Source: Fidelibacterota bacterium
Lineage (GTDB): Bacteria; Fidelibacterota; Marinisomatia; Marinisomatales; UBA8229
Direction: 5' to 3'
NCBI GenBank assembly: GCA_012964235.1
Contig: DTUJ01000081.1
Span: 1-49,764, forward strand
Length of the DNA stretch: 49,764 nt
Shown here: piece after piece, positions 17,557 to 27,486 of the stretch
Layout of the letters: every line of letters starts with the position of its first letter
Numbering within the stretch: position 1 is the first letter of the stretch
Notes under the pieces: generated by a model
The model's database searches: none
What the model was told of the DNA's origin: nothing
The model's input: only the letters and a program-made list of their open reading frames with translations
Position numbers and translations under genes: made by a program

Positions 17557-20166
17557 ATGATATTAGCATTTGACGGTATTGCTGCTTCTGGTAAAAGTAC
17601 TACGGCGAAAATGGTAGCCTCAAAACTGGATTTTACCTATCTGGATACTGGTGCAATGTATAGGGCGGTGACGCTGGCGATTTTGGATCAATCAGTTGAA
17701 TTGAATGATGAAGCCGCGTTAAAAACTCTTTTGGCAGATTTGGACTTAGAGGTGAAACCGGATAAAGAAGGGACAAACATCTTTTTAAAAGGGAAAGATG
17801 TATCCAAGAAAATTCGGTCCGTAGATGTTACTGAAAACGTTAGTGCAGTTAGCGCCATACCTATCGTGAGAGAAGCAATGGTTACTATCCAAAGGACTCT
17901 TGGGAGTCAAACGGATTGTATCGTAGAAGGTCGGGATATAGGAACGGTGGTTTTCCCAGATGCGGATTTTAAGTTTTTTATTGTTGCTGATGTGAAGACT
18001 CGTGCCCGACGACGTCAATTAGACTTATTAACCCTTGGAGAAAAACGATCAGTTGAGGAGTTGAGCAAGGATTTAAAAACCCGTGATCAGAAAGATTCCT
18101 CCAGGTCTCATTCTCCATTAACAAAAGCCGCTGATGCGGTGGAATTAGATACGACTCATCTTTCGATTGATGAACAGGTAAAATTCATTGTGGAATTCGT
18201 CAAGTCGAAAAATGATAAAAGGAAAGATAAAATGACTGAGAAAGACACAAAAGAAGTGGAAGTTGAAGCAATTGATGTTGAACCATCAATAACTGCCATT
18301 TCCCAAACTAATATAGATATTTCAGATACATTGGCTGTTGTCGAAAATTCACCTTCTGTTGACTATTTAGACCCAGAATTATTTCAGGATACACCTTTGA
18401 TAGAACGTGAAAAATTGGATCAGGAAACTATTGATGTAATTGTTCCCGAAGAGATTCAAGAACAGTATTTAAGTACGTTCAAAGATATTTCTGAGAATGA
18501 CATGATTAATGGCCGGGTAATCGGAATTACTGACAATGATATTCTGGTAGATATTGGATTCAAATCTGAGGGAATTATTGACCGGTCTGAATTTCCAGAT
18601 GACAAGCTGCCAAAAATCGGAGAAAAAATCGAACTATTTCTTGAAAAACTTGAAGATAAACACGGTCATACAATCCTTTCAAAATCTAAAGCTGATTTTA
18701 TGCAGCGTTGGAAACGGTTACGAGAAACTTTTGAATCTGGTGCTACATTCATAGGAAAAATTATGCGAAGGACAAAGGGGGGGCTGATTGTGGATATTGG
18801 AGATATTGAAGCATTTCTTCCCGGTTCCCAAATTGATATTCGTCCGGTTAAAGATTTTGATCAATTCCTTGATCAGGACATGGAATTGAAAATTGTCAAA
18901 TTTAACGAATCACGGAAAAATATTGTTGTGTCCCACAAGGCAATTCTTGAAGAAGATCTCAAAGAATTACGTGAAGATCTGTTTAAGAAAATTCAAATAG
19001 GGGAAACATTGGAAGGACGAGTAAAAAATATCACTGATTTCGGTGTATTTATCGATTTAGGCGGATTAGATGGTTTACTTCATATCACTGATCTGTCTTG
19101 GGGCCGCGTGATTCATCCTTCGGAAATCGTAAAACTGGACGAAGAACTTACAGTAAAAATTATTGATTACGATGAAGAGAAAAAACGGGTATCCCTGGGA
19201 TTGAAACAATTAACACCTCATCCATGGGATGGAATTGAAAAGAAATATCCCGTAGAATCTACTGTGACTGGTAAAGTTGTGAGCCTAACAAATTATGGGG
19301 TTTTTATCGAAATCGAACCTGGCATAGAAGGATTAATCCATATTTCTGAAATTTCATGGACACGACACATAAAAAATCCGTCTGAATTATACTCTATGAA
19401 CGATGAGGTTGAGGCAAAAATACTTTCCATAGATATGGAGGACCGGAAAATAAGCTTAGGAGTAAAACAGCTCCAGCCTGATCCATGGGATACAATTAAA
19501 GAAAAATATGCAGTTGATGCAGTTCATAAGGGAAAAGTTATACATTTGACTCAGTTTGGAGCTTTTATCGAATTGGAAGAAGGGATTGATGGACTCATTC
19601 ACATCTCTGATCTTTCTTGGATAAAAGTTATTCGGCATCCAAAAGAAATCCTCGAAAATAATCAGGAAGTAGAAGTTAAAATATTGGAAATATCCAAAGA
19701 AAATCGGCGAATTGCTCTTGGTTATAAACAGGTTGGAGATGATCCCTGGCCAGAAATCCTAAAGTTCTTTGAAACAGGAAAAGAAGTACAGGGTAAAATC
19801 ATCCGAATTCTTGAAAAAGGAATAATCCTTGAGCTTGAAAAGGACATAGAAGGAATAATTCCATTCGATAGAAAGAATAAAAAAGAGCAAAAAACTATGA
19901 TGGATAAATATAAACCAGGTGATACTATCACCGGGATTGTCATGGAAGTTAAACCTGAAGAAAAGAAAGTGTTTCTCTACTTTGAAAAATTAATTGATGA
20001 ACACAAAAAATCTTCTAATAAGGATGCTATTCATGAGTTCATGGATCAGCAAGAAGACCTCTCCACCGAGAAAATAGAAATTCCCACATCCATGGAAAAT
20101 ATTGATGAACCTGAAAAAAAGGAAAAAGATTCAGAACCGAAAGATAGCAAGTCAGATAGAGCTTAA
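17557..20166 (+). CDS. fused cytidylate kinase / 30S ribosomal protein S1
   Basis: One uninterrupted ORF (alternative TTG start at 17548). The N-terminal ~220 aa are Cmk (FDGIAASGKST P-loop, GRDIGTVVFP). An acidic low-complexity linker of about 90 aa follows. Then come repeated S1 domains (GxV..ITDFGVFIDLGG.DGLLHISD type), about six by eye, and an acidic tail. Confidence 0.9.
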   Translation: MILAFDGIAASGKSTTAKMVASKLDFTYLDTGAMYRAVTLAILDQSVELNDEAALKTLLADLDLEVKPDKEGTNIFLKGKDVSKKIRSVDVTENVSAVSAIPIVREAMVTIQRTLGSQTDCIVEGRDIGTVVFPDADFKFFIVADVKTRARRRQLDLLTLGEKRSVEELSKDLKTRDQKDSSRSHSPLTKAADAVELDTTHLSIDEQVKFIVEFVKSKNDKRKDKMTEKDTKEVEVEAIDVEPSITAISQTNIDISDTLAVVENSPSVDYLDPELFQDTPLIEREKLDQETIDVIVPEEIQEQYLSTFKDISENDMINGRVIGITDNDILVDIGFKSEGIIDRSEFPDDKLPKIGEKIELFLEKLEDKHGHTILSKSKADFMQRWKRLRETFESGATFIGKIMRRTKGGLIVDIGDIEAFLPGSQIDIRPVKDFDQFLDQDMELKIVKFNESRKNIVVSHKAILEEDLKELREDLFKKIQIGETLEGRVKNITDFGVFIDLGGLDGLLHITDLSWGRVIHPSEIVKLDEELTVKIIDYDEEKKRVSLGLKQLTPHPWDGIEKKYPVESTVTGKVVSLTNYGVFIEIEPGIEGLIHISEISWTRHIKNPSELYSMNDEVEAKILSIDMEDRKISLGVKQLQPDPWDTIKEKYAVDAVHKGKVIHLTQFGAFIELEEGIDGLIHISDLSWIKVIRHPKEILENNQEVEVKILEISKENRRIALGYKQVGDDPWPEILKFFETGKEVQGKIIRILEKGIILELEKDIEGIIPFDRKNKKEQKTMMDKYKPGDTITGIVMEVKPEEKKVFLYFEKLIDEHKKSSNKDAIHEFMDQQEDLSTEKIEIPTSMENIDEPEKKEKDSEPKDSKSDRA

Positions 20167-20303
20167 CTGTGTGTTAAAAAAATCAGTACTCTATTAATAT
20201 AACCCAATTTTTCAACAGCTTAAACACTGGAGGGAGGAACTTTTAATGACTGATAAACCCCACCACCATCCTGCCCCTTTTTTCTAATAAACTCCCATAA
20301 ATC

Positions 20304-21287
20304 GTGAAGTTATTTCATTTAATTAAATTTTTCTCCCTCCAGAAACTTGCCTTACGTCTTGGTGCATTGGGTATGGCTATCGTGCTCTGGCTTTTTGTCA
20401 TGAGCGACAAGGAATATTCAATCATTATGAAAATGCCCCTGGTAGCTCGAAATATCAGCGCCCAAAAAGCACTAAAGGAGGAAGTCCCTGAATTTGCTCA
20501 AGTTCGATTAATTGGTACTGGAAATGAATTACTAAAAGCATATCTTCTAAAAAACTTTTTCGAGAACTTTAAACTCATCTTGGACTTGGATCATATTTCA
20601 GAAGAGTATGATTTTATCCTGAATGATTACTTTTCGAAATATCCGCAGAAAGTTGTAATTCCTCCCTCCTTCCACCTAAAATTTGTCGAAATTGTTTATC
20701 CAAGGGAAGTTCACATTAGTTTGGACGAGTATCTTGTAAAGTCTGTTCCAATTACCCCACAAATTATAGTTCAACCAATACCTGGATACATTCAAGTAGG
20801 AGATATAAAAATGATTCCACCTTCTGTAAATGTTGCTGGCCCAAATATGTTAACGAAGGAAATCACTGAAGTTTTGACAGCAACAGACACTCTGAAAAAT
20901 ATCGAGCATTTTACAAACCGAACGATCTCTCTGAATAAATCTAACCGACTCATCGAATATTCACTGAATGAAATTAATTACCAGGTAGATATTCAAGAAA
21001 TCAGTGAGCGGATAATCAGTGAAGTTCAGATCCAGGTAGTCAATGTACCGGATGAATTTAGGGTATTTGTTAATCCACAAACTGTATCTTTAACTATCTT
21101 TGGAGGTGTAAATCGAATTGCCGAAATATACCCTGAAGACATATTCATCTACATTGACTTTGAGAAACAATGGGCTCCTAGATCACAGTTTTTTGAACCT
21201 GTCGTGGTGACACCTAACGACATTTTGGAATGGCAAAATTTATCGCCCAGAAACGTGGAATTAGTCGTTACGAAGGGAACAAGTTGA
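20304..21287 (+). CDS. YbbR-like domain-containing membrane-anchored protein
   Basis: 327 aa with a GTG start, an N-terminal TM helix and repeated beta-rich modules of the YbbR type. The family call is from memory only. Confidence 0.5.
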   Translation: MKLFHLIKFFSLQKLALRLGALGMAIVLWLFVMSDKEYSIIMKMPLVARNISAQKALKEEVPEFAQVRLIGTGNELLKAYLLKNFFENFKLILDLDHISEEYDFILNDYFSKYPQKVVIPPSFHLKFVEIVYPREVHISLDEYLVKSVPITPQIIVQPIPGYIQVGDIKMIPPSVNVAGPNMLTKEITEVLTATDTLKNIEHFTNRTISLNKSNRLIEYSLNEINYQVDIQEISERIISEVQIQVVNVPDEFRVFVNPQTVSLTIFGGVNRIAEIYPEDIFIYIDFEKQWAPRSQFFEPVVVTPNDILEWQNLSPRNVELVVTKGTS

Positions 21288-22279
21288 ACATCCTTGGAGT
21301 TGAAACCTCCTGTGACGAGACAGCTGCTGCCGTGTGTACAAATGGCTCTATTCTGTCAAATATAATTAGTTCACAAAAGATCCATCAATCTTTTGGTGGT
21401 GTTGTTCCGGAGCTGGCATCCAGAGAACATGAACGTCTCTTAAACTCACTGGTATTTCAAGCCATTGAAGAAGCTGGAATCTCATTAAGCAGTTTAGAAG
21501 GTATAGCAGTTACAAAAGGACCCGGTTTGGCGGGAACTTTATTGGCCGGCGTTTGTTTTTCAAAAGGATTAGCACAAGGATTAAGGATTCCTGTCATTGG
21601 GATTAATCATCTTGAAGCCCATATCTTTGCGAGTTTTCTGGAGAATCCAAATTTAACATTTCCATTCGTATGTCTTTTGGTTTCCGGAGGACATACTCAG
21701 GTGTGGCTCATAAATGAAATAGATAACTATGAATTAATGGGAGAAACCAGAGACGACGCTGCCGGGGAGGCTTTCGATAAAGGAGCAAGAATCTTAGGCC
21801 TTGGATATCCGGGAGGACCTGAGATCGAAAAATTAGCACGTAACGGAAATCCAAAAACAATAGATTTTCCTAAGTCATTCATGAAAACCAATGCAATTGA
21901 ATTCAGTTTCAGTGGACTGAAGACATCCTTGCTTTATTATATGGATCATTTTGATGAATCTGATGGCAATATAAGCATAGAAGATGTTGCCGCCAGCTAT
22001 CAGAATGCAATCATTGAAGTATTGATTCATAAATTGAAACAAACTTTGGAAATTACACATGTCAAAACATGTGTCATAGCAGGTGGTGTGGCTGCAAATA
22101 ATCAACTAAGACAGAAGGCTCATCAGATGCTGCCCGAAATTTCATTGAGTTTCCCTGGCTTGGTATATTGTACTGATAACGCAGCTATGGTTGCTTTTTT
22201 GGGAGAACTGAAATTGAAAGCAGGATATACTTCCCCCATAAATTTTGGGGTCAAGCCTAATTTACAACTCCAAGTCTAA
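21284..22279 (+). CDS. tsaD: tRNA N6-adenosine threonylcarbamoyltransferase TsaD
   Basis: GVETSCDETAAAV, the HLEAH metal site and VSGGHTQ are present. The start is set at TTG 21284 (a TTGA overlap with the upstream stop) because TsaD normally begins just before ILG(V/I)ETSCDET. ATG 21230 is the alternative. Confidence 0.88.
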   Translation: MNILGVETSCDETAAAVCTNGSILSNIISSQKIHQSFGGVVPELASREHERLLNSLVFQAIEEAGISLSSLEGIAVTKGPGLAGTLLAGVCFSKGLAQGLRIPVIGINHLEAHIFASFLENPNLTFPFVCLLVSGGHTQVWLINEIDNYELMGETRDDAAGEAFDKGARILGLGYPGGPEIEKLARNGNPKTIDFPKSFMKTNAIEFSFSGLKTSLLYYMDHFDESDGNISIEDVAASYQNAIIEVLIHKLKQTLEITHVKTCVIAGGVAANNQLRQKAHQMLPEISLSFPGLVYCTDNAAMVAFLGELKLKAGYTSPINFGVKPNLQLQV

Positions 22280-22347
22280 TTTCAGGTTTTGTGATTCATT
22301 TCAGCACCATGAAACAACACCACCTTTTTCCTTCCTACTCTTAAACC

Positions 22348-24456
22348 ATGTTTCTGGAATTTCTTCGACCTCCCGATCTTTGGTTTTGGGGATTGTTATT
22401 AGGGGTATGTTCCTTCTCTCTTTGGAGTATTTTCAAACTCTGGTCTATTCATCAGGTGAGAATTCCTGTGCTAATCAGAATTGGTTTATTCAGTTTACTT
22501 TTATTCAGTCTCCTGCAACCAAAAATCACCCGGGAAACATCGAAGGAATATCCCCTGAAGTGGGATGTTTATACTGATAATTCGATGAGTATGGGATACC
22601 ACCAGGCCTACTCATTAACAACTCTGAACGAAGAAATAAAAGAAATCTTGAACAAAATAGAAAACAAAGGAGTTGTGATTGATCGTTTTCATTTTTCAAA
22701 TGAGGTAATCCATACCGACTTGTATGAACCATTAAATGCAGGAGGTTCCTCAACTGATCTTGGAATCGTTTTGAATTCAATAAAAGAGGAAGAGAAAGAT
22801 AATCTTGCAGGAGTAATTTTATTTACAGATGGCCAAATCACCCATGGCTTAGACCCAGTACAAACTTCATCGGAAATCCACGTGCCAATCCACATCATTG
22901 GCGTTGGAGAGAACACACCTCTTGTGGATGTTGCCCTAAAATCTATAGATGTACCAACCGTTGCTATTAAAGGTGAGGATGTGGAAGCAACAGTGGTTGT
23001 TGTAGCAACAGGTATTACTGCAAATGAAGGAATAAACATAACTTTATCGAAAGAGAAGAAAATAATTGGCTCACGGTTCATGAAAATCCAGGGTGACGGT
23101 GTACAGTCAGATATATATTTTCGATTTAAACCAGATGACTTAGGGGAGATTGCATACCAAGTTCAGGTTTCTTCTCTTGAGAATGAAATAAATGTCCAAA
23201 ATAACCGCCAATCCTTTCATTTAACAATCCTGAAAAATAGATACCGGGTCGCGTTACTTACCGGTGCACCGAATTATAATACTTCTGTGATGAAAATGAT
23301 GATGAATAATCAACCACGAATTAAGATTGATCATTTTATTTTTATCAATGATTCATTCCGGCCAGCTATAAAAAATTTCTGGGAGACTTCATACGATCTA
23401 ATCGTCCTTGATAATTATCCTATTCAATCTGTTTCTTCACAATGGCAGCGGTTTTTTGCGAAAAAGATTGTGGCTCAAAAAACAGCTTTGGCATGGATTA
23501 TTGGTCCAAGCATAGATCCATTATCTGCAAAATCTTTTTTTCCCTTTTTTCATTTAAAATCGTTAGAAACAAAAGTTGATGGTGAAAAGTATTACCAATG
23601 GTCATTCAATGAAACAATAGTGAATTATCCAATTTTTCCACAAAATGATGTTCCTCTTAATTCCATTGATCAGACCGAACTTCCACCTCTAAAACCTGGA
23701 CTTCAAGTTTCTAGTACAAAAAAAATGATCCAATCATTGGCAGACTTAATATCACCCCAACAAATTCCAGTACTCCTTATTGGAGAAGTGGAATCCTTAC
23801 GGACAGTTGTTTGGACAACCCCGGATTTTCATACACTTTATTATAAGTTAACAGGTACCAGAAGATCCGAAATGTTTGCAGGGATCTGGAATGGAATTTT
23901 TGGGTGGCTTATGAGGACCACGGGAGATAACGATATGTATTTTCGATTGGATAAAGATTCATACCAGCAGGGAGAATTAATAAAAGTAATGGGAAATAAA
24001 ATCGGGCAAGCATCCCCTGCATCCCACGCTGCAATTACCTTACAGTACGATGGAAATACAATTAATTCAACAGAATTGAGATATAACCCAACTTTTCAGC
24101 GGTGGGAAGGACAATTATGGGCATCCAAACCAGGTACCTATGACTACGAAATTATTTTTCAAAATGAAAATGCCACTTCTTCCCAAAAAGGGGTATTTAT
24201 TGTAAAAGAAAGTCAGATTGAACTTAATAAAGTCTTTCTCAATGATAACCTGTTGAGAAAAATCTCATTGAAAACGGGTGGAAATTATTTTCACTGGGAT
24301 TCACGAAATGAACTTATTGACCACATTGAACAACGAATAATTACAAAACGAAAAGTGGTTCATATAGAACCACTTAATGAATGGTGGATATTAATTGGAT
24401 TTATTGTTCTGTTAACTGTTGAGTGGAGCCTGCGTCGAAGAGCAGGCCTAATGTAA
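22348..24456 (+). CDS. BatA/BatB-like membrane protein with a von Willebrand factor A domain
   Basis: 702 aa. The N-terminus has a double-TM motif (MFLEFLRPPDLWFWGLLLG). A MIDAS-like DNSMSM is present, followed by GGSSTDLG and ILFTDGQ, and there is a C-terminal TM helix. Confidence 0.6.
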   Translation: MFLEFLRPPDLWFWGLLLGVCSFSLWSIFKLWSIHQVRIPVLIRIGLFSLLLFSLLQPKITRETSKEYPLKWDVYTDNSMSMGYHQAYSLTTLNEEIKEILNKIENKGVVIDRFHFSNEVIHTDLYEPLNAGGSSTDLGIVLNSIKEEEKDNLAGVILFTDGQITHGLDPVQTSSEIHVPIHIIGVGENTPLVDVALKSIDVPTVAIKGEDVEATVVVVATGITANEGINITLSKEKKIIGSRFMKIQGDGVQSDIYFRFKPDDLGEIAYQVQVSSLENEINVQNNRQSFHLTILKNRYRVALLTGAPNYNTSVMKMMMNNQPRIKIDHFIFINDSFRPAIKNFWETSYDLIVLDNYPIQSVSSQWQRFFAKKIVAQKTALAWIIGPSIDPLSAKSFFPFFHLKSLETKVDGEKYYQWSFNETIVNYPIFPQNDVPLNSIDQTELPPLKPGLQVSSTKKMIQSLADLISPQQIPVLLIGEVESLRTVVWTTPDFHTLYYKLTGTRRSEMFAGIWNGIFGWLMRTTGDNDMYFRLDKDSYQQGELIKVMGNKIGQASPASHAAITLQYDGNTINSTELRYNPTFQRWEGQLWASKPGTYDYEIIFQNENATSSQKGVFIVKESQIELNKVFLNDNLLRKISLKTGGNYFHWDSRNELIDHIEQRIITKRKVVHIEPLNEWWILIGFIVLLTVEWSLRRRAGLM

Positions 24457-24519
24457 AAAACATGTTTCTGATTAGTTCAGAATATCAATAACTTTTTATT
24501 CTAATACTAAAGGAATGGT

Positions 24520-25836
24520 ATGAGACACATAGCAATTATTGGAACAGGATACGTCGGGTTAGTCAGCGGTTCAGGGATATCTGACTTTGGACATAAGGTA
24601 ATTTGTGCAGACATTGCTGGAGAAAAGATTAAGATGCTTCAAGCTGGTAAAATGCCGATTTATGAACCCGGATTGGATGAACTTGTTGACCGTAACATCA
24701 AGGCAGAAAGGTTGTCCTTTTCAACAGATGTTGGAAAAACAATCCGTGATTCAGAGGTAATTTTTATTTCGGTTAGTACACCGCAAAGCGAAAATGGTGA
24801 AGCGGATATTTCTGCTGTGAAAGCAGTGGCAAAAATAATCGGTAAAAATTTAAATGAGAGAAAAGTTATTTGTACAAAAAGCACAGTTCCAATTGGTACC
24901 GGGAAAATTGTGTCTGAAATTATTAATGAAAATAAATCAACAGAAACAGATTTTGAATATGTATCTAACCCTGAGTTTTTAAGAGAAGGTTCAGCAGTAA
25001 AAGATTTTTTATGGCCTGATCGTGTCGTTATCGGAGCTGAATCAGAATGGGCATTTGAAATAATGAAAGATGTTTACCGTCCTCTTTATATCAATGAAAC
25101 GCCTATTGTACATACAACAGTGGAAACAGCTGAATTGATAAAATATGCCAGCAATGCCTTCCTGTCGTTGAAAATCAGTTATATTAATGAAATTTCCGCT
25201 TTATGTGAAAAGGTTGGTGCTGACGTTCACGTTGTGGCAAAAGCTATGGGATCTGATGGACGAATAAGTCCGAAATTTCTCCACCCGGGGCCTGGGTTTG
25301 GAGGCTCATGTTTCCCAAAGGATACAAGCGCTCTCGTCTCTATGGCTCAGAATAAAAATGTGCCCATGCGTACTATTCAGGCAGCCATAGAAACAAATGC
25401 TCATCAAAAGAAAAGAATGGTAAAAAAACTTCAGGCTTTAACTGGAGATTTTTCAGGATTAACAATTGGTATTTTAGGTTTAGCATTCAAATCCAAAACG
25501 GATGATGTCAGAGAATCAGCTTCTCTTGAAATGGTAGGATCATTACTGAAGGCAGGTGCGCAAGTAAAAGCATATGATCCGGAGGCAAATACCAGCTTTG
25601 CTGAATTTTATCCGCAGATCACATATTGTAAAACCTGGGAAGAAGCAGTAAAAGACACAGATGCCGTTGCAGTGATGACAGAATGGAACGAATTCAGAAC
25701 CATGGACGCAAAGACACTAAAGAATCTCATGAAATCTCCGATTATCCTTGATACGCGAAACATTCTTTCCCGGAAAGAATTACAAAAAAATGGATTTTCT
25801 TTTGATAATGTTGGTCGGCCAATGGAAACAAAGTAA
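24520..25836 (+). CDS. ugd: UDP-glucose 6-dehydrogenase
   Basis: 438 aa with a GTGYVGL Rossmann motif and the catalytic Cys motif GFGGSCFPKD. Confidence 0.9.
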   Translation: MRHIAIIGTGYVGLVSGSGISDFGHKVICADIAGEKIKMLQAGKMPIYEPGLDELVDRNIKAERLSFSTDVGKTIRDSEVIFISVSTPQSENGEADISAVKAVAKIIGKNLNERKVICTKSTVPIGTGKIVSEIINENKSTETDFEYVSNPEFLREGSAVKDFLWPDRVVIGAESEWAFEIMKDVYRPLYINETPIVHTTVETAELIKYASNAFLSLKISYINEISALCEKVGADVHVVAKAMGSDGRISPKFLHPGPGFGGSCFPKDTSALVSMAQNKNVPMRTIQAAIETNAHQKKRMVKKLQALTGDFSGLTIGILGLAFKSKTDDVRESASLEMVGSLLKAGAQVKAYDPEANTSFAEFYPQITYCKTWEEAVKDTDAVAVMTEWNEFRTMDAKTLKNLMKSPIILDTRNILSRKELQKNGFSFDNVGRPMETK

Positions 25837-25838
25837 TA

Positions 25839-26402
25839 ATGAAAGTTGAAAAAACACAATTGGATGGATTAGTTGTCATTCATCCGGATGTACACGATGA
25901 TAAACGTGGTTATTTTTTTGAAAGTTATAACAAACCACTTTTTAAATCACTTGGAATCCCTTCAGATTTTGTACAGGATAATCAGGCATTGTCAGGAAAA
26001 AACACATTACGAGGACTTCATTATCAGCTCAAATATCCCCAGGGGAAATTAATTCAAGTTCCACTGGGTAAGGTCTATGATATCTCATTGGATATCAGGC
26101 ATGGATCTCCCACATTCGGGCAGTATTTTGGTATAGTGTTATCTGATAAAAATTTTCATATTGTATATGTCCCGGAAGGATTCGCCCATGGTTATGCTGT
26201 CTTATCTGATAATGCAATCTTCCAATATAAATGTACCGAAACCTACCATCCGGAAGATGAACATGGAATAAAATGGAATGATCCATCCATTCATATTAAT
26301 TGGCAAATAACTGATCCGATTATTTCTGAAAAGGATTTGGCGCTGCCTTCATTAACAGAACTAGGGCCATCTTTATTACCAGCATACAGAGTTCAAAAAT
26401 GA
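25839..26402 (+). CDS. rfbC: dTDP-4-dehydrorhamnose 3,5-epimerase
   Basis: 187 aa with cupin-type RmlC motifs (DDKRGYFFE, LRGLHYQ, GFAHGY). Confidence 0.9.
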   Translation: MKVEKTQLDGLVVIHPDVHDDKRGYFFESYNKPLFKSLGIPSDFVQDNQALSGKNTLRGLHYQLKYPQGKLIQVPLGKVYDISLDIRHGSPTFGQYFGIVLSDKNFHIVYVPEGFAHGYAVLSDNAIFQYKCTETYHPEDEHGIKWNDPSIHINWQITDPIISEKDLALPSLTELGPSLLPAYRVQK

Positions 26403-27463
26403 AAACCGTTTATTTTGTCACCGGAGGATGTGGTTTTATCGGAGCAAATTTTATCCAGTATTTATTGAATAAGACAAAACCCAAAAGTGTAATCAATCTG
26501 GATAAACTGACCTATGCAGGAAATCAGAAAAATCTTGCAGATTTTGAACAGGATCCCCGATATATATTTGTGCATGGTGATATCTGCGATGCGGAATTGG
26601 TTTCAAAGTTATTCACCGAATATCAGCCGAATTATATTGTCAATTTTGCTGCTGAAAGTCATGTTGACAGGTCAATAGATGGGCCGGCAGAGTTCATACA
26701 AACCAATATTGTCGGTACATCTGTTCTCCTGCAGGAAGCACTAAAATATTATTCAACTCTGGAGGGGGGGGGAAGTGAACGTTTCCGGTTTTATCATGTT
26801 TCGACGGATGAAGTTTTTGGAAGTTTGAGTGAATCAGGATTTTTCACGGAAGAAACCCCTTATGATCCCAGTTCCCCCTATTCCGCATCAAAAGCTTCTT
26901 CAGATCACCTTATCCGTGCGTGGCATCGAACATTTGACCTTCCGGTATTGATTTCTAACTGCTCAAATAATTATGGCCCATATCAATTCCCGGAAAAACT
27001 GATTCCCTTAATGATTCTGAACTGTCTCGAAGAAAAACCATTACCTGTTTATGGGACAGGAGAAAATATTCGAGACTGGCTGTACGTAGAAGATCACTGT
27101 GATGCTATTTATACAATCTTACAAAAGGGTACTATTGGGGAAACATACAATGTTGGCGGTAATAATGAAATCAAAAACATCCAAATTGTAGAAGAGATCT
27201 GTGATGTTCTGAATGATATTCATCCGGCAGGCTCAGGTAAATCGTACCATGAATTAATTACTTTTGTTAAAGACAGACCTGGACATGACTTTCGGTATGC
27301 AATCGATGCATCAAAGTTAAAGAAAGAAATTGGATGGGAACCAAAAGAATCCTTTAATACAGGAATTCAAAAAACTATTGAGTGGTATCTGAAAAATGAA
27401 GAGTGGTGGAGAATAATTCAAGAGAATACGTACAAACAAGAGAGGCTTGGCATCTCTAATTAA
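26399..27463 (+). CDS. rfbB: dTDP-glucose 4,6-dehydratase
   Basis: 354 aa with GGCGFIGANF, the YSASK catalytic motif and HVSTDEVFG. It has an ATGA overlap with rfbC. Confidence 0.92.
   Translation: MKTVYFVTGGCGFIGANFIQYLLNKTKPKSVINLDKLTYAGNQKNLADFEQDPRYIFVHGDICDAELVSKLFTEYQPNYIVNFAAESHVDRSIDGPAEFIQTNIVGTSVLLQEALKYYSTLEGGGSERFRFYHVSTDEVFGSLSESGFFTEETPYDPSSPYSASKASSDHLIRAWHRTFDLPVLISNCSNNYGPYQFPEKLIPLMILNCLEEKPLPVYGTGENIRDWLYVEDHCDAIYTILQKGTIGETYNVGGNNEIKNIQIVEEICDVLNDIHPAGSGKSYHELITFVKDRPGHDFRYAIDASKLKKEIGWEPKESFNTGIQKTIEWYLKNEEWWRIIQENTYKQERLGISN
26764..26772 (+). repeat. G9 homopolymer tract inside the rfbB coding sequence
   Basis: The sequence gaG GGG GGG GGa encodes E-G-G-G in a loop that appears variable when compared with my memory of E. 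coli RfbB. Confidence 0.95.
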
Positions 27464-27486
27464 ACAAATGTAACCATCCCAATTAA

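Noticed and set aside
22689-23081. 130-aa minus-strand ORF; also 22526..22780 and 22245..22577
   Set aside because: They overlap the VWA-domain gene or its start region on the other strand or frame, without any motif or RBS support.
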